Positions 1-12,647 of a DNA stretch of 64,000 nucleotides are shown here, one piece after another (position 1 is the stretch's first letter; each line of letters starts with the position of its first letter). This DNA comes from Macrostomum lignano (taxonomy: Eukaryota), in NCBI GenBank assembly GCA_002269645.1, contig NIVC01000805.1, positions 1-64,000 of the forward strand, given 5' to 3'. The notes beneath the pieces were generated by a model. It worked only from the letters and a program-made list of their open reading frames with translations. It was not told where the DNA came from and made no database searches. Position numbers and translations under genes: made by a program.

Positions 1-1769
1 TCTTGTGGGAAACATCTATACTTGACTTTAATTATGATTTCGCGCGAGCGCTTGTTGTATACTCGTTGTTGATTCCATCGTAAGAGTGACAATTGACTCG
101 AAAAATCGAAAGGCATACCTATTGCCAGAATTCCACTTAAATTATAATTACGCGGCTTATTTTCATCCATGCAATCCAGCCAAGTGATTTTCTGCTCCGA
201 AGTAAAATTATTAAAACTCTACTTCTGTTCCACTTAGCCTCGTAAATTGAAGCATCAATCGGCAACTCGCATATGCTTGTTTAAATTATTTTTAGAATCA
301 ATCAAACAAATTTATTCCCAAAATGGAAAATAGACGTACAGAATTTTTTCAATGTATATCAATTTTTCTGAAACTAAAAATATCAGAGAAAAGCGCTAAG
401 GAATTGCTAAAAATTTAAGTACTACAAAACTTAATAATAAAAATCTATGAAGGGAATAATCATCGTTGCGAGTTAATTTTAAACCTTGTGCAAAAACAAA
501 CCAACGTGAGAGAGCCATAAATTTATCCAACAGTTTAGCCGTTTAGCCACGCCCAAAGCTCACTAGACCCTCGCTGGCTAAGGATGTTCTTAGCCAGAAC
601 AAAATTGGCTTGAAATTTGAGGCTTCTAGAGGTAAATTAAATCGGAATTAGTGCTTTCCTGATAGTTGACTCAATAAAATCGCCCATCAATAACACTTTC
701 CGTTGTAAATGTTACTGAAATCCATTAAATAATCGAATTATGATCGATGAACAGTCCAAATTAACTATCCATTTAGTTAGTTTTCTAGCAGATGCATTGG
801 TATTGATAATGACAGATAGTAAACGTAGACAAATTGCTAGCTTAATATGTTATATATCTATAGTTAATCACTCGCTGATATTGAGTTGCTTAGTAGAGCC
901 CGAACTGGGAGAGTCGAAGAAAAGAGAGAGAGAGAGAGAGGGAGGGAGCAAATGTTGAGGAAATTGCAGAGAGGCAGAGAGAAAGCTTCGTCTGGGACCG
1001 CAAGTCTAGCGTGAGCGCCCTGCGTCACGGAGGGGTGGCAGGGAGTAAAAGAAGACGGAAGGGATAAAAAAAATAGCTGGCCTAAATCAGGCCGTGCTCA
1101 CGTTGAGTGCGGGTGGCTTTTCAGTGTCGCCTTTTGCTAACCTCCTTCCCGCAGCCCCTAATGCGCGCCCCCGTTTTCCAGTACCGTTCACTAAACTACA
1201 AGAAGCACTTCTGTGGCTTTTCTCGTGGTGAGATTCGGCGAATTCAGAGGTTACTGAACTGATCTCTTACCCCCTCCTCCCCTACACGCACACCCCCAAG
1301 TGGTCTGTTTTCTCCACCCCTAGCCCTCCTTCATACTCTTAGTTCTCGTGTTTCATTGACCTCCCAATTCACGGGCGCGAGAGAGAAAAGCTATGTTAGA
1401 CAGTTTTTTGATTGCCAAACGCTGAGAGCAGTAGCCGCAGCCGCGCACTCAAATAAGTGCCCCCCCCTGCCCTCCTGTGTGCGTGTTCTCAGGCTACTCA
1501 AGTTTTAAGGCTCAAGGACTGCCAGCCAGCCGTTTCCTTAATCATTCACTTGGTCGTTTTTTATTTTAACGGAAATGTCATTTAACGCCAAGAGAAGACC
1601 GTATTAGTAAAGAAGTTAGCATATATAGGTTTCACTATGCGCAGCCAAGTCCCTTGGCACACGTTTATTATTCCTTTCTAACGACCAGCCGGTCTTACCA
1701 ATAGAAAACCACAGCCTTAAGTCCCCAACCCTGTCAAATCAGAAAGTACAATGTAACCAAAAAAACATT

Positions 1770-1961
1770 TATCAACCCTAATGTCGGTACCGGTCCATCA
1801 GAGGACTACATAAAAAGAGGATTAGACTAGCGCGCTGGATTATCCTCTGATTGAGTGAACAAGCTTCACGGATGCTGAGAGAGCTCACAACTACAACGCT
1901 GGCAGGTGCAGCTAGCGCAGTTAGATGCAGATTGCATCGCAAGATAAGCTTGTTGATAAAG
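1770..1961 (-). CDS. Candidate second exon of unc-80
   Basis: Acceptor ttctattcag with compatible phase 2 gives an open frame (S)FINKLILRCN...ILFLCSPLMDR in a locally GC-richer patch. No recognisable UNC80 motif; boundaries approximate. Confidence 0.25.
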
Positions 1962-2479
1962 CTGAATAGAACTTAGTTCCGTTAAGTTGATTATATCGCT
2001 ACTAAAATCCACTTAATCCAGGGGGTAAGGAATCAGCAAATATGGATGCAATCTATTTGATTAACTGCTTCTTAGTCTTGTAAGAAAGTAAGAAATCAAA
2101 AAGGATTTCGTAGGTAGTCCTATATTATATATACTACCAGATAGAAACGTTCTTTAGACGGAGTCTCATATCGCGAATCTCTGAGATAATGAAATATGAT
2201 TTTTTTCTGAAACTGTTTACTTTCGATCAAACCTATAATAATTTCGCATAGATTTTCTCAAAGAATGACTAACAATCTGGATATTTTGAAGCTTGTATAC
2301 TAAATCAAACAGCAATGTACTGTGTTGTACTTAATCCATGAAAAGCATTCGGAACTATTCGGAATACAGGAAATAAGCAACTCCCACAGTTTTAGTTCTA
2401 GCCCACCGGACTAGCGACCTTATTAGCATAGCATAAGTAAAAAATAGCTTAAAAAAGCATTAATAATCAGTGTACCAAC

Positions 2480-3768
2480 CTAAGTGCCCAGTAGACTCCT
2501 TGCTCCTTCCACTTCAGACAGAACAGACAGCGGAGCACAGCAACGTCAAACAGGGTTGCCGACAGCAGGTCCGGGTTCACTGGGCCCATTGGCATTGAGG
2601 ACACAACTGATGCTAATCGTTGCGCAATCCACTCTTTGTCTATGGGCGATTTGAGCTTCTTTTTTAATCTAGGATCCGAAAACGTCCACGAATAGCGTTG
2701 CGAACTGTTGCATTTGCAGCCCACAAATTCTCCGGACCGATTGTACACCACGGACTGACAGAGTTCGCAGACTATTTCAACATCGGCGCCAGTTTCAGCA
2801 GACATTGCCGACAGCGGGCAGATTTCCGACATGTTCGCCGTTGGGGCCGGCTGTTCACCTCCTACTAGCGTCGAAGGCAAATCGTAGTCGCTAGTGTCGG
2901 CTTCCAGATCCACTGCCGGCACCTCCAGCTGTTCCATGCTGGTGCCTTTGCCAATGTAGATGTGCGCAACGTTGGCTCCTAATCTACGATTGCCTTTTAG
3001 TAGAGATCGCCTCGGCTTAGCCAGACTGCTAAAGCAAGACGCCTCCGGTGAGCGATAGTCCCACATCGCTTGCCAGACGCGAAGGCCGCTCTCCAATTTG
3101 AGCGTTAAAAATTGATCCTCTCTTAGCTCCATAACTAGGGGAGCAAACAGATACACGAATAGTTGCACGGTGCACACACTGTGAATGTACCGGTACTGAC
3201 TAGTTGGCTTGCTGGCTGACGATCCGCCAACTGCTAGGCCGTCGGGGCTGCCGCTGCTACCCGGCATGTCTATGGCAACGGCGCCGCTGTGACCGCTGGC
3301 GCCTGGTAGGCCGCCGCCTGCTCCAACTACGCCTCCGCCATTGGTGTCCTCGTTGTCCTCGCATTCACTAGCTGCGTCTAATAAAATCCAATGCAGCGTG
3401 TATAGCAGTTTGGTCTCGTTGGCGTCAAATTTGCCTTGCTTATGCATTTGATCGTCTGTGAAGAATTTCTCCGACAATATAGTGGCCGCGCAGTGCATCA
3501 CGTGGGGCAGAGCGGCTTGAATCAAGCGCCAACGGCTAATGCTTTGCAGAGCTTCGCACAGCGCCGGCGATTGACTCCTAGTCTGAGCTTGAACTAGCAC
3601 CACTTCGAACTGCTGAGCCGTTGAAGCTCGCTGCAACTGGGTCTGGCTGGCGTTTTTGCTAGACCGAATGAACGGCGTAGTGATTTGCCACAGCCAGCTC
3701 TGCACAGGCAGCGGCAGCCGTAGGTTACCATTCGGACTCGAATCGTTAACGCTTCGTCGCTTCACCAT
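2480..3768 (-). CDS. unc-80: UNC80 (NALCN channel auxiliary subunit), first coding exon; gene continues leftward
   Basis: MVKRRS...LPLPVQSWLWQ...SPALCEALQSISRWRLIQAALPHVMHCAA...ETKLLYTLHWILLDA and FDVAVLRCL match the UNC80 N-terminus. ATG at 3768 (the listed ORF is extended upstream). Donor AG|GTTGGT at 2480/2479. Confidence 0.93.
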
Positions 3769-6700
3769 CGCGTCTTTAAGCCAGATGCTTGGCTGGCTTA
3801 CTAGACTAAACAATTATGGGAGATGTAAGTTGCGATTTTCTGATGCAGCGGCTGCAAGCGCGGCCTTTGCTTGGGGGGCTGCTACTTGTTGACGCTCACA
3901 GAACCAGTTCGCTTGGGCAGAAATCGATAATAAATGTTTTAGAGAACAGGGCACAATATGTATTTGATTTATTCTACTTGAGTGACGATTCTTTAAACAT
4001 AATGAAACAATCACAACTTTGTTTGACTTGATATGTTAAAAAGTATACAGAGGAGGGAATATTTAATACTAAAGTCCAATACATAAAGTGTTGCAATGAA
4101 AGAAAAAGGTTTCTCTGACTTTATGCATCAATTAAATCAAATATTTGTTGTGGATTCGATTTCATTGAGCAAAATTTACTGCAAACAATGACTATTGTAA
4201 CAGTAATAGCAATCTTATTACGAGCTAAGTCATTCTAGAACTTTGAATTATCATGTCTGGAATTTATAGACAGAAGAGCCTATAAAATATGCTATTAAAA
4301 ATTGATAAAGGATAATTAAAGAAAAACTACCTACAGCTAGTTATAATTTTTGTCAGTAACTTTCATATTTATCAGGAGTGAAAAAGTTTTAACATACAAA
4401 TATTTATAGATTAAATAATTTTGAAAAAGGAAAAAGACTATTATTAAAACTGTTCAATCTTGATTTATTAAAAAAAAGCTTTAGAGAATCAAAAATGGAT
4501 CAATAGACGATTTTTTCCATTGGAGTTGAAGGAACAAGAATATATTTTTTCAAACTTTCTAACTAACTAAAATTTTATTAATCTCCTATTACTAAATCAT
4601 ATAAATTTTTTTATAAAATCTTAAATCCTAAAATCATAAATATATTTTTTATTTAAAATATGTACCAATTTGTTATTTGCATTTAAAATTAGAATGCCAT
4701 GCATTTCATAAAACATTATTTGGCATAATCAGTTATTTGTCATTTTCATTGTTAATTCAAGCAATCAAACTGCCACATGCAAACTTGACTACAAGTCCCT
4801 AAATTATTCTCAGCAACCAACTGCAGCAAAAAGAGGGCTTAGAAGAATGTAAAAATCAAAACATAGCAACATATTAAACTATTAACAAACTCTATTAAAC
4901 ATTTCCAAATATATCCTTAAATATCAAGCTGCAACTATACTCGGCTTATAGATTAGTCTTTAACTAATACTGTATAATTAAAACAGTTTTATGTAGTATA
5001 ACTGTTATATATACATAATTTGCATATAAAAATACATATATCAAAACTTTAGATTTATTAGTAAAAAATCTGAGTTGGGTTGAGTAAAAAAACAAAGTTT
5101 AACTAATAACTATAATACATAAAGCAAAGTTTGATCCACAATCCTCAGAGGAAAAGTAGCTCGTAGTATTTATAAAAAATAGTGTTTTTTTATCCCCGTA
5201 CTTTAGATTTTTTTAGACAAGACTTAAGATTCCAATGTGAAACCTTTAAGAAGTACAAACCCTGTAATACTTCTTGCTGCAAAAACCACAAAGGAGTTCG
5301 ACTACAAAGTTTAACTACAAATTAAAAATAAATTTCCCTAAAAATATCGCCTACGCCTAATTTGGGCATACAAACTATCCTCTACATAACTATATTTTTT
5401 TCTCGACAATGCCTTTAACAAAGTTCATGTATACTGCAAACTCATTTTCCAACTGAAAATAAACACTCCACTACTTAATAATTCTCCAAAAGCTACATAA
5501 ATCAAGAAAACTACACGAAAGACATTACGAACCCAAAAAACCACTTATTATAAGATGGTAACGACTCTCTGCAACCTACGTTTCCTTTCGGAGAGTTAAT
5601 AAATTTCAATTGGCAATAAGTAGGACACGAAAATAAAATGGACAACGCGCGATAATTCAGATAAAAAACAAATAAGTTAAACCTTTTGCGTTTAAGAGGC
5701 ATAGTGAAACAAAATTTATTGTTTTCAGTATACTAAGCTACGCACGAAGTCTATTAAATCTCACTTAATCTAACCAATTAAGTAAGAAAAAACTATAAAG
5801 ATGCTTTCCGAACCTATTTCCTGAATCGTTTAAATCAAAGAATCAAGAATCCGTAATTTTTACACTGGCCGGCCAACCTGCCGTCGTCGCTGGCTGGCAC
5901 CGCATGCAAGCGTGAGATTTTATCTTTGAGGATTTTTGAGGCTGTCAACTTAATTATTTGTTTGTGAAAATATTTTTGTTCTAGTGGCAACAATAGTTAA
6001 TTTATGAAATTTTCTAATTATGGGTAGTTAATTTATACTTCTAATAATAATAATATACCTTCATAATCAACAATGACATTGGTTTCAGTGGTACTGTGGT
6101 AGGCCTAGTCTATCTAATTGTATTTGAATTGGAGTCGCATTTTCAATTGTTGCTAAACTTTCAATTTTCATTTATGGTCATACTCTCAAGAATGCTTTTT
6201 TGAGGGATTCTTGCATGTAAAATTTTCCAGGCAGTCATTGGTGTGTGTACATAGGCCCTAGGTAGTGTGCAAAATTTACAAAATGGAGGTTGGGAAGCTG
6301 CAACATGTTTAGGTCCTACACCTCTAGGTCCTATATGTACAGTGTACTGCAGCCAAGAGCTAGAATGCAAAACTGTCAACGCATAGGCCTATGCATTTAA
6401 CACTAGGGATTTTCTTGCTTTGCATACTAGGCCTAGGCCCCCCTACAATAATTCCAATAATAATAAAAATTTACTATTCATTTAAATATATGAAATTGGT
6501 TGATAGATAATCAATTATGTCTATTGTGTTTTTTCTAGTTTCTAGTTCCTTGACCTTTGTCTACTGGCAGTTCATTTGCTAAATAGACAAAAAGCCTATT
6601 AATTTTTTTTATTTATAATTTGTTTGTTTTTTGTTTACTAGGAAATAAAAATAAGAGAGTAAGGCAGTGGGGTAGGATAAGGAGTAGGCTGGGAAGCCAC

Positions 6701-7958
6701 TTAATAGTATCTTTGTTAATTTTGAAATGCTATAGCTAGTATAGATTTATCATAATTAATAAACTATTTTACAATATATATAATATCTATTATACAAATA
6801 ATAATATTTATAATCTTGATTTAAAACTAGTAGAAATGAAACTTAAAAATTTTCTAAAGATAAAATATATTAGGCTTAATAAATTCTTTTTTATTCAATA
6901 ATTCTAAGATGGAATTAGAATTTGTCATTTTAAATCTAAAGTTATATATATCATGTCTCTCCCTTTCTAAAACATTTATTCCTAATGATAATAACAAGTC
7001 TATAAAATGGTATAGATTGTTATAACTAAAGAGACCAACCCCCCTTTGTATTATTTAACATTATCAAAAAAATATTTTTAGGTAGCTCCTATCTTATTCC
7101 ATATTTCTACCTTCATTTCCTAGCAGACTAGGAAATGAGCAGACTTCCTAGCAGACTGCTCAATATAATAGACAATTTGTTGGTAGATAAAATGACTAGC
7201 ACCCTTGTCTGTAGCATCTGTTAGGCCTGATTTTTTATCTACTAAAGTAGGCCTAATTGTCATAAAATCATTTTTTACCAATTTGGTCATTTTGTCTACC
7301 ATAAAGAATTTTGCCTTATATTATAAAGTTACATTTAGTAATTAAAAGTCATAGCATTCAATGGAGAGCCAATAGAGCTATCCAAATGAGGAAAGCCAAT
7401 GTACATATACTAGAGTGCTATGATGTCATGCATATTGACAAATATATATTTTTTCATTTGCATGCTATCCATGCAAAGTTTTTTAGAATGCAACTACATT
7501 TTCTAGAGTATAGTTACTATATAGTCATTGTTTCTTCTTTTGCTATTCTTTCCATAGACAAAAAACTCTCCATGAAAATTAGCAGATAAAAAAATGGTTA
7601 ACAAATTACAAAATCATTGTTAAATAGCCTAATATAGTATTTTGACTATGTATTTAATATACTTGTATACAGGTTTGTATTTTTTAATATAATTTTGAAA
7701 ATATATAGATGTGTCTGTCAAACTTCCAACAAAATATATCAAGCTGTCACTTTCTAAGATATGAATTCCTATTTATGTCAAGGTGAAAGAATAACAAAGA
7801 GGTCTAATAGATTATTTTGGACAGAAGGTCCAATAGATATAATTTATATATTATACAGATACCAAAAATGCCATTTTTTCTTTCTCATTTCAGCTAGCCT
7901 TAGTCTGACATCAAATCAATAGATCAAAAATTCTATTTAGATTTCAATTATTGTCTTG

Positions 7959-9057
7959 ATGGCAAGTTTTTCCATACCACCAAGGCGTCAATTGAGACAA
8001 GTATTACATTGGCTAGCTTATGCTATAGGAATAAGCAGTCTCAGTCTTCTATTGTTATGGCTCTATGCTGGTCGCAATCCAGTGCATTATTTGTACAATA
8101 TAAACTTAGATAGTATAGCTCAACTACACGTGCTGCCATTGACTGTGGCTGGTACAGCCCTCTGCTTAGATGGCACTGCGCCAGCTGTCTATGTGTCCCA
8201 CACTGGGCCCAATTGGATTGTCTATCTTGGCCAGGATTCTCTCTATTGGTGCCTCGATGAAGAGGATTGCTTAGCGCGTAGTCACACGCCGCAGGGTAGT
8301 AGCAAGTGGCTACCAGATAAGCTTGAGCTGCATGGGATATTGTCGAATTCGGCTGAGGTAATTTGATTAATTTGCACTGCTTACAGCTTAACAGCCAGGA
8401 AAGCCTATATCCCGCCCTTGGATCCTTTTTAGAACTTCAGAGTAGCAATCCAGTCTGCTCAAGGTTTGTCTCTTCTCTGCTTCCTAGTTGAATCTCCTCT
8501 CGCTTCTGCTCACTTCTGCTCTTCTTTCCTCTCTTCTCTCCTCTTTTCTTCTCGCTTCTACTTTATTCCCTCGCCTCTCATTTTTCTCACATCTCTCTTC
8601 CCTCCCTTGGCCCGCAGTCATGTGAGACTCGTAAAAAAAGCTCACCGACCCCTGGTCTAATTAATCCTATTTCTCATATATAGGCAGACAGGCAGGTACT
8701 GGGTTTTTTAAGTGTCCAAATTTATTATGCCAAATTGAAAACCAGTATTGCCAGCCGGCATCAGTCAATAAGATCAAAATCAAATTAAACACCAGCATCT
8801 TCGCCCTATCATCTACACTGCTGAGCCTCTCTGACCTACAGAAGTTGCACAAAAGTCTGCAGACTCACTGTTTTTACAAATTACTTAAATTTGACAATGG
8901 GTAGAATTTATTAAAGCAAGATTTGTCACGACACATGCTGTGACACAAGCCTAGATAGGTAGATGGAATTATAGATAGATAGATAGATACATAGATAGAT
9001 AGATAGATACATGGATAGATAGATAGATAGATACATAGATAGATAGATAGATACATG

Positions 9058-9149
<92 letters not shown>

Positions 9150-9150
9150 C

Positions 9151-9185
<35 letters not shown>

Positions 9186-9186
9186 C

Positions 9187-9237
<51 letters not shown>

Positions 9238-9238
9238 C

Positions 9239-9321
<83 letters not shown>

Positions 9322-9327
9322 CATAGG

Positions 9328-9373
<46 letters not shown>

Positions 9374-11172
9374 TTGATTAATTGATAGCTACTTGTTGCA
9401 GCTTCAGCTTATATTTGTGCAAGAAATTGTCATCTCAAATCAATTAGTTATTGCTTTCCTTCCCTTTTTCCCTTATTAGGTGAATCCAGATTTTCACACC
9501 TGGTCCAAAGCTGTAATTCACGCCTGCGACGGTAGCGGCTTTCTAGGCTATAGAGCCGCGCCTTTCCACGTCAACAATCAGGCATTGTACAGTCGAGGCT
9601 ATCACGTGATCTGGCGCGTTCTTGACTGGCTGAGAAGGCGCTATGGCGACAGTATGCAGCCGCACGAGTCTCAGTTTCTATTTGTTGGCCAGGGCTCTAG
9701 CGGTATCGCTTTGATGTTGGCGGCTAGGGATATAATTGACCAGTTTCCTTATAATCGGGTCAAGTTTGCTGTTGAGGGATCTGTGCTCATCGACAAGGAG
9801 GCCGTTTTGATTGACAGGTGCTTTATTTGTATTTTTGTTGCAATAGATTTGTTGTCTTAGTGGACCGCTGTGGTTCTTCAATTCACTCTATTTTACCTAT
9901 AATCTTCTTCAGGTGCTTCAATGATCTTTTATCGCTTCTTCTTAGCGGCCCAGGCTCGATTTCCAGTGCAGTCATTATAGTTTGGGGTTAAATTGGAATC
10001 TCGGCTTGGCTCTGCTCGTGCAATTAATGCCCTTGAGGGCCAATTCCCAAGGCACAGTGAAGTGTACATGTCTAAGCGATAAATAAAGTATGAATGCGTA
10101 CGTATCCGCGCGCTTGTGTGCCTGCTCGTGGGAGTCTACGGAATGGGCAGCCATGCCTCTCGCCGGTTTTGTTGCAATGTCGCTTAAAGTACGGCTGTGT
10201 GCACACAACCCCGTCTTTCCTTAAGGATCTTCAGTGATCTATCAATCCTCTTTTCATCGTGTCATTCAGTGGCTCATCACTGACTTCCTTCACGTGCTTC
10301 AGTGATTTATCACTGATTTTCATTCAGGTCCTTCAGGGATTTATCACCGATTTTCATTCAGGTCCTTCAGTGATCTATCAACGATTTTTATTCAGGTCCT
10401 TCAGTGATCTATCACCGATTTTCATTCAGGTCCTTCAGTAATCTTTCACCGATTTTCATTCAGGTCCTTCAGTGATCTATCAACGATTTTTATTCAGGTC
10501 CTTCAGTGATCTATCACCGATTTTCATTCAGGTCCTTCAGTAATCTATTACCCTTTCCTCCAGGTCCTTCAGTGATCGACTGCCTTCTTGCTTTCAGCCA
10601 CTGCTAACCCTGTAAATACAGATTGTAACTGTCTGTCCGCACCAATTCACAGGCTGCAGGCAATGATTAGCACGCATCACGTGACTAGAAATCCGCGTCT
10701 AAAAGACTGCTTTGAAGAGTTTCCTGAAGGACAGCGTCAAAAAAATTCCTGGCGCTGCCTTCTACTGTCTAATCTGTTGAGCGATCGCATCGATGATGAA
10801 GGAACAAAGGAGCCGGCGTTTTTCTTCTCGGGTAGCAACTACGATAGGTGGCTGGCTATTAACGTGTACGCAGTCGCTTGTCCCCTTATTGACTGTCGCA
10901 GCGACGAGGAGAGCTATGCTAAATATGACCGATTGCGCAATGCCTTAATCGACGCTATCAATCCTATAGATAAGAAATCTAAGCGCGACTCAATCTGGAT
11001 GTGCTCCTGTTGGTCTCGGGGTCACCTGGTGCACGATCAATTATTAACTAGAATCAACGTGGAAGGCTGGTCATTGGCCGAGGCTCTGAAAAAATGGTAC
11101 TTCAATGATCAGCCAATGAAGCTGCATTTGGTTGATGGAGCATTTCCGTCTAATCCTACTTGTCCAGTTTGA
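7959..11172 (+). CDS. Pectin acetylesterase/Notum family (PAE) protein with N-terminal TM anchor, probably catalytically inactive, 418 aa
   Basis: Exons 7959-8357, 9480-9817, 10653-11172 (GT-AG, phases match, 1257 nt). Motifs LCLDGT, GILSNSAE|VNPDFHTW, CDGSGFLG, LYSRG, WRC, SNYD. Hydrophobic stretch WLAYAIGISSLSLLLLWLY. Confidence 0.88.
8396..8654. mobile_element. hAT-type MITE, degenerate copy (PAE intron 1)
   Basis: Right end CCGACCCCTG. Shares gatcctt..aacttca..tagcaatcc, a CT-rich core and tggcc.gcagtcatg with the element at 41242-41978. Left end degenerate. Confidence 0.55.
8951..9372 (+). repeat. (GATA)n microsatellite in PAE intron 1
   Basis: About 100 GATA units with occasional CATA variants. 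Confidence 0.99.
10224..10578 (+). repeat. 34-bp minisatellite in PAE intron 2
   Basis: Unit ttttcattcaggtccttcagtgatctatcaccga, about 9-10 copies. Confidence 0.95.
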
Positions 11173-11867
11173 TGGGTGGAATGCGTAATTTAATTACAAG
11201 ATTTGCAATGTATATAAAGTATATTGGTTCTAATCTACTAAGTTCGAGTTTCATAAGCTAGTGCTATAAATATACCTTTGCAATCTCCACTTTGGCAAAA
11301 GTGATGGGGGGCATCACAAACCCGAAAAATCACAACTCCGAAAAGCGTTCGATAATTGCAAAGATTTAAACACAAGACTCGGTCAATGTTACTGTTACTG
11401 TTGAAGGCACTGAAAGCCATCAGTGATCAGTTTATTTGTACGCTCGTAGGTGAGGCAGCTGGATCGATTGTGTTTGCCAAAATTTTAGTCACTTTTGCCA
11501 AAAGTGAAGATTGAAACGGTATAATATTGTATTTTCTTTTACCTATTAGCACACGATGAAAGCAGTCATTTGCGTCATTTCGATTCTCCGCTTTCATGTC
11601 GGGTGTATAAATAGCACGTATATATAGTGTTTTTGCAGTCTAGTTGGAACTTTTTAACGACTCAAATGTCAAACGACTGTCATGCGACGAAAAGGCGACT
11701 GTTGTGTCACGAGCGCATCACGTGAGTTGTAGAACCTCAAAGAGTCACGAAAAAGTCGTCAATATCTCTTTAACCTTCTATTAATTCAAGTAGACTTAAT
11801 AGAGTTGTTATAAATGCAAAATGCGACTGAAAAATGCTATACAGAAAATAGGACTTGAGCCATAGAC

Positions 11868-12078
11868 TAATAATAATAAGAAGGCTGCGCACGGCTGTTC
11901 AGTCGAAGGACTGGGGGGTCGCCACACACAGCCTCAATTACCCCAGCTAATGCTGGCACCCATTTTACAGGTGAGTGAACTGAAGCAATGCAGAGTTAAG
12001 TGTGTTGTCCAAGCAGACAATTGTTTCGAGTGGATCGAGAAAAGAACCCAAAGTCCGACGCTCTAACCACTAGGCTAC
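11868..12078 (-). mobile_element. tRNA-derived CORE-type SINE
   Basis: Minus strand begins GTAGCCTAGTGGTTAGAGCGTCGGAC (A-box-like). Contains a MIR/CORE-like block cccattttacaggtgagtgaactgaagcaatgcagagttaagtg and ends in a (TTA)n tail. Confidence 0.65.
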
Positions 12079-12647
12079 AACCCTCTTTAGAAATAAGTAG
12101 CATATGACGTTAGTAGTGAGTATGCAGAAGGCTACAAAATGTCTGTTCTAGCCCTATATTTTCATCTGCAAATTCAATTTACACAGCGTTTTCAAAATTC
12201 GCATAATGTTTTCCATGGTGCTGCAGTTGTTCTGCTTTAAACAAAGCAAAACTAGCAAATAGCATTTAGTAAAAGACTAATTACTTTTGGACCGAAGCCT
12301 GACATCTGATCTATTTTGAGCTCTCGCAGTAAAACTGTAATATCCGTTTTGACTTTTTTATCGTCTTAGTGCTACGATTAAAACGAATCAGTAAAGAGCA
12401 AGCATTGAGCACAGGTTTGAGTATATTAGAGAATGAAATTCAGTATGCCAGACTGGCTTATCTGCATTCCTGTTTCATATTGTACATAAACTGCTATTTT
12501 ATCTTCAATAAATCTTTTATGGTCAAATATATCTATATGCTTCTATTATAATTTTCATTTGGAACTTCGCTTATTTAAAAAAATCGTCTTTTTAGTTTTG
12601 ATGCAGTTAAAACTGCCACATGCAGTTCAGTCCCTGAGGTCCAATTG

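Noticed and set aside
900-1520. GC/GA-rich patch as a promoter or separate gene
   Set aside because: No ORF, RNA-gene structure or defined motif that I can support; lies in a presumed unc-80 intron.
8874-9324. YLSI-repeat ORFs
   Set aside because: Translations of (GATA)n inside an intron.
9913-9990. Extra PAE exon after acceptor ttcttcag
   Set aside because: Hits a stop after 26 codons with no donor; exon 2 joins 10653 in phase without it.
7959-11172. Calling this gene notum
   Set aside because: Lacks Notum-specific motifs and catalytic residues; family-level call only.
12030-12078. tRNA gene
   Set aside because: Incomplete cloverleaf and degenerate B box; continues into a CORE block and TTA tail, so it is a SINE head.
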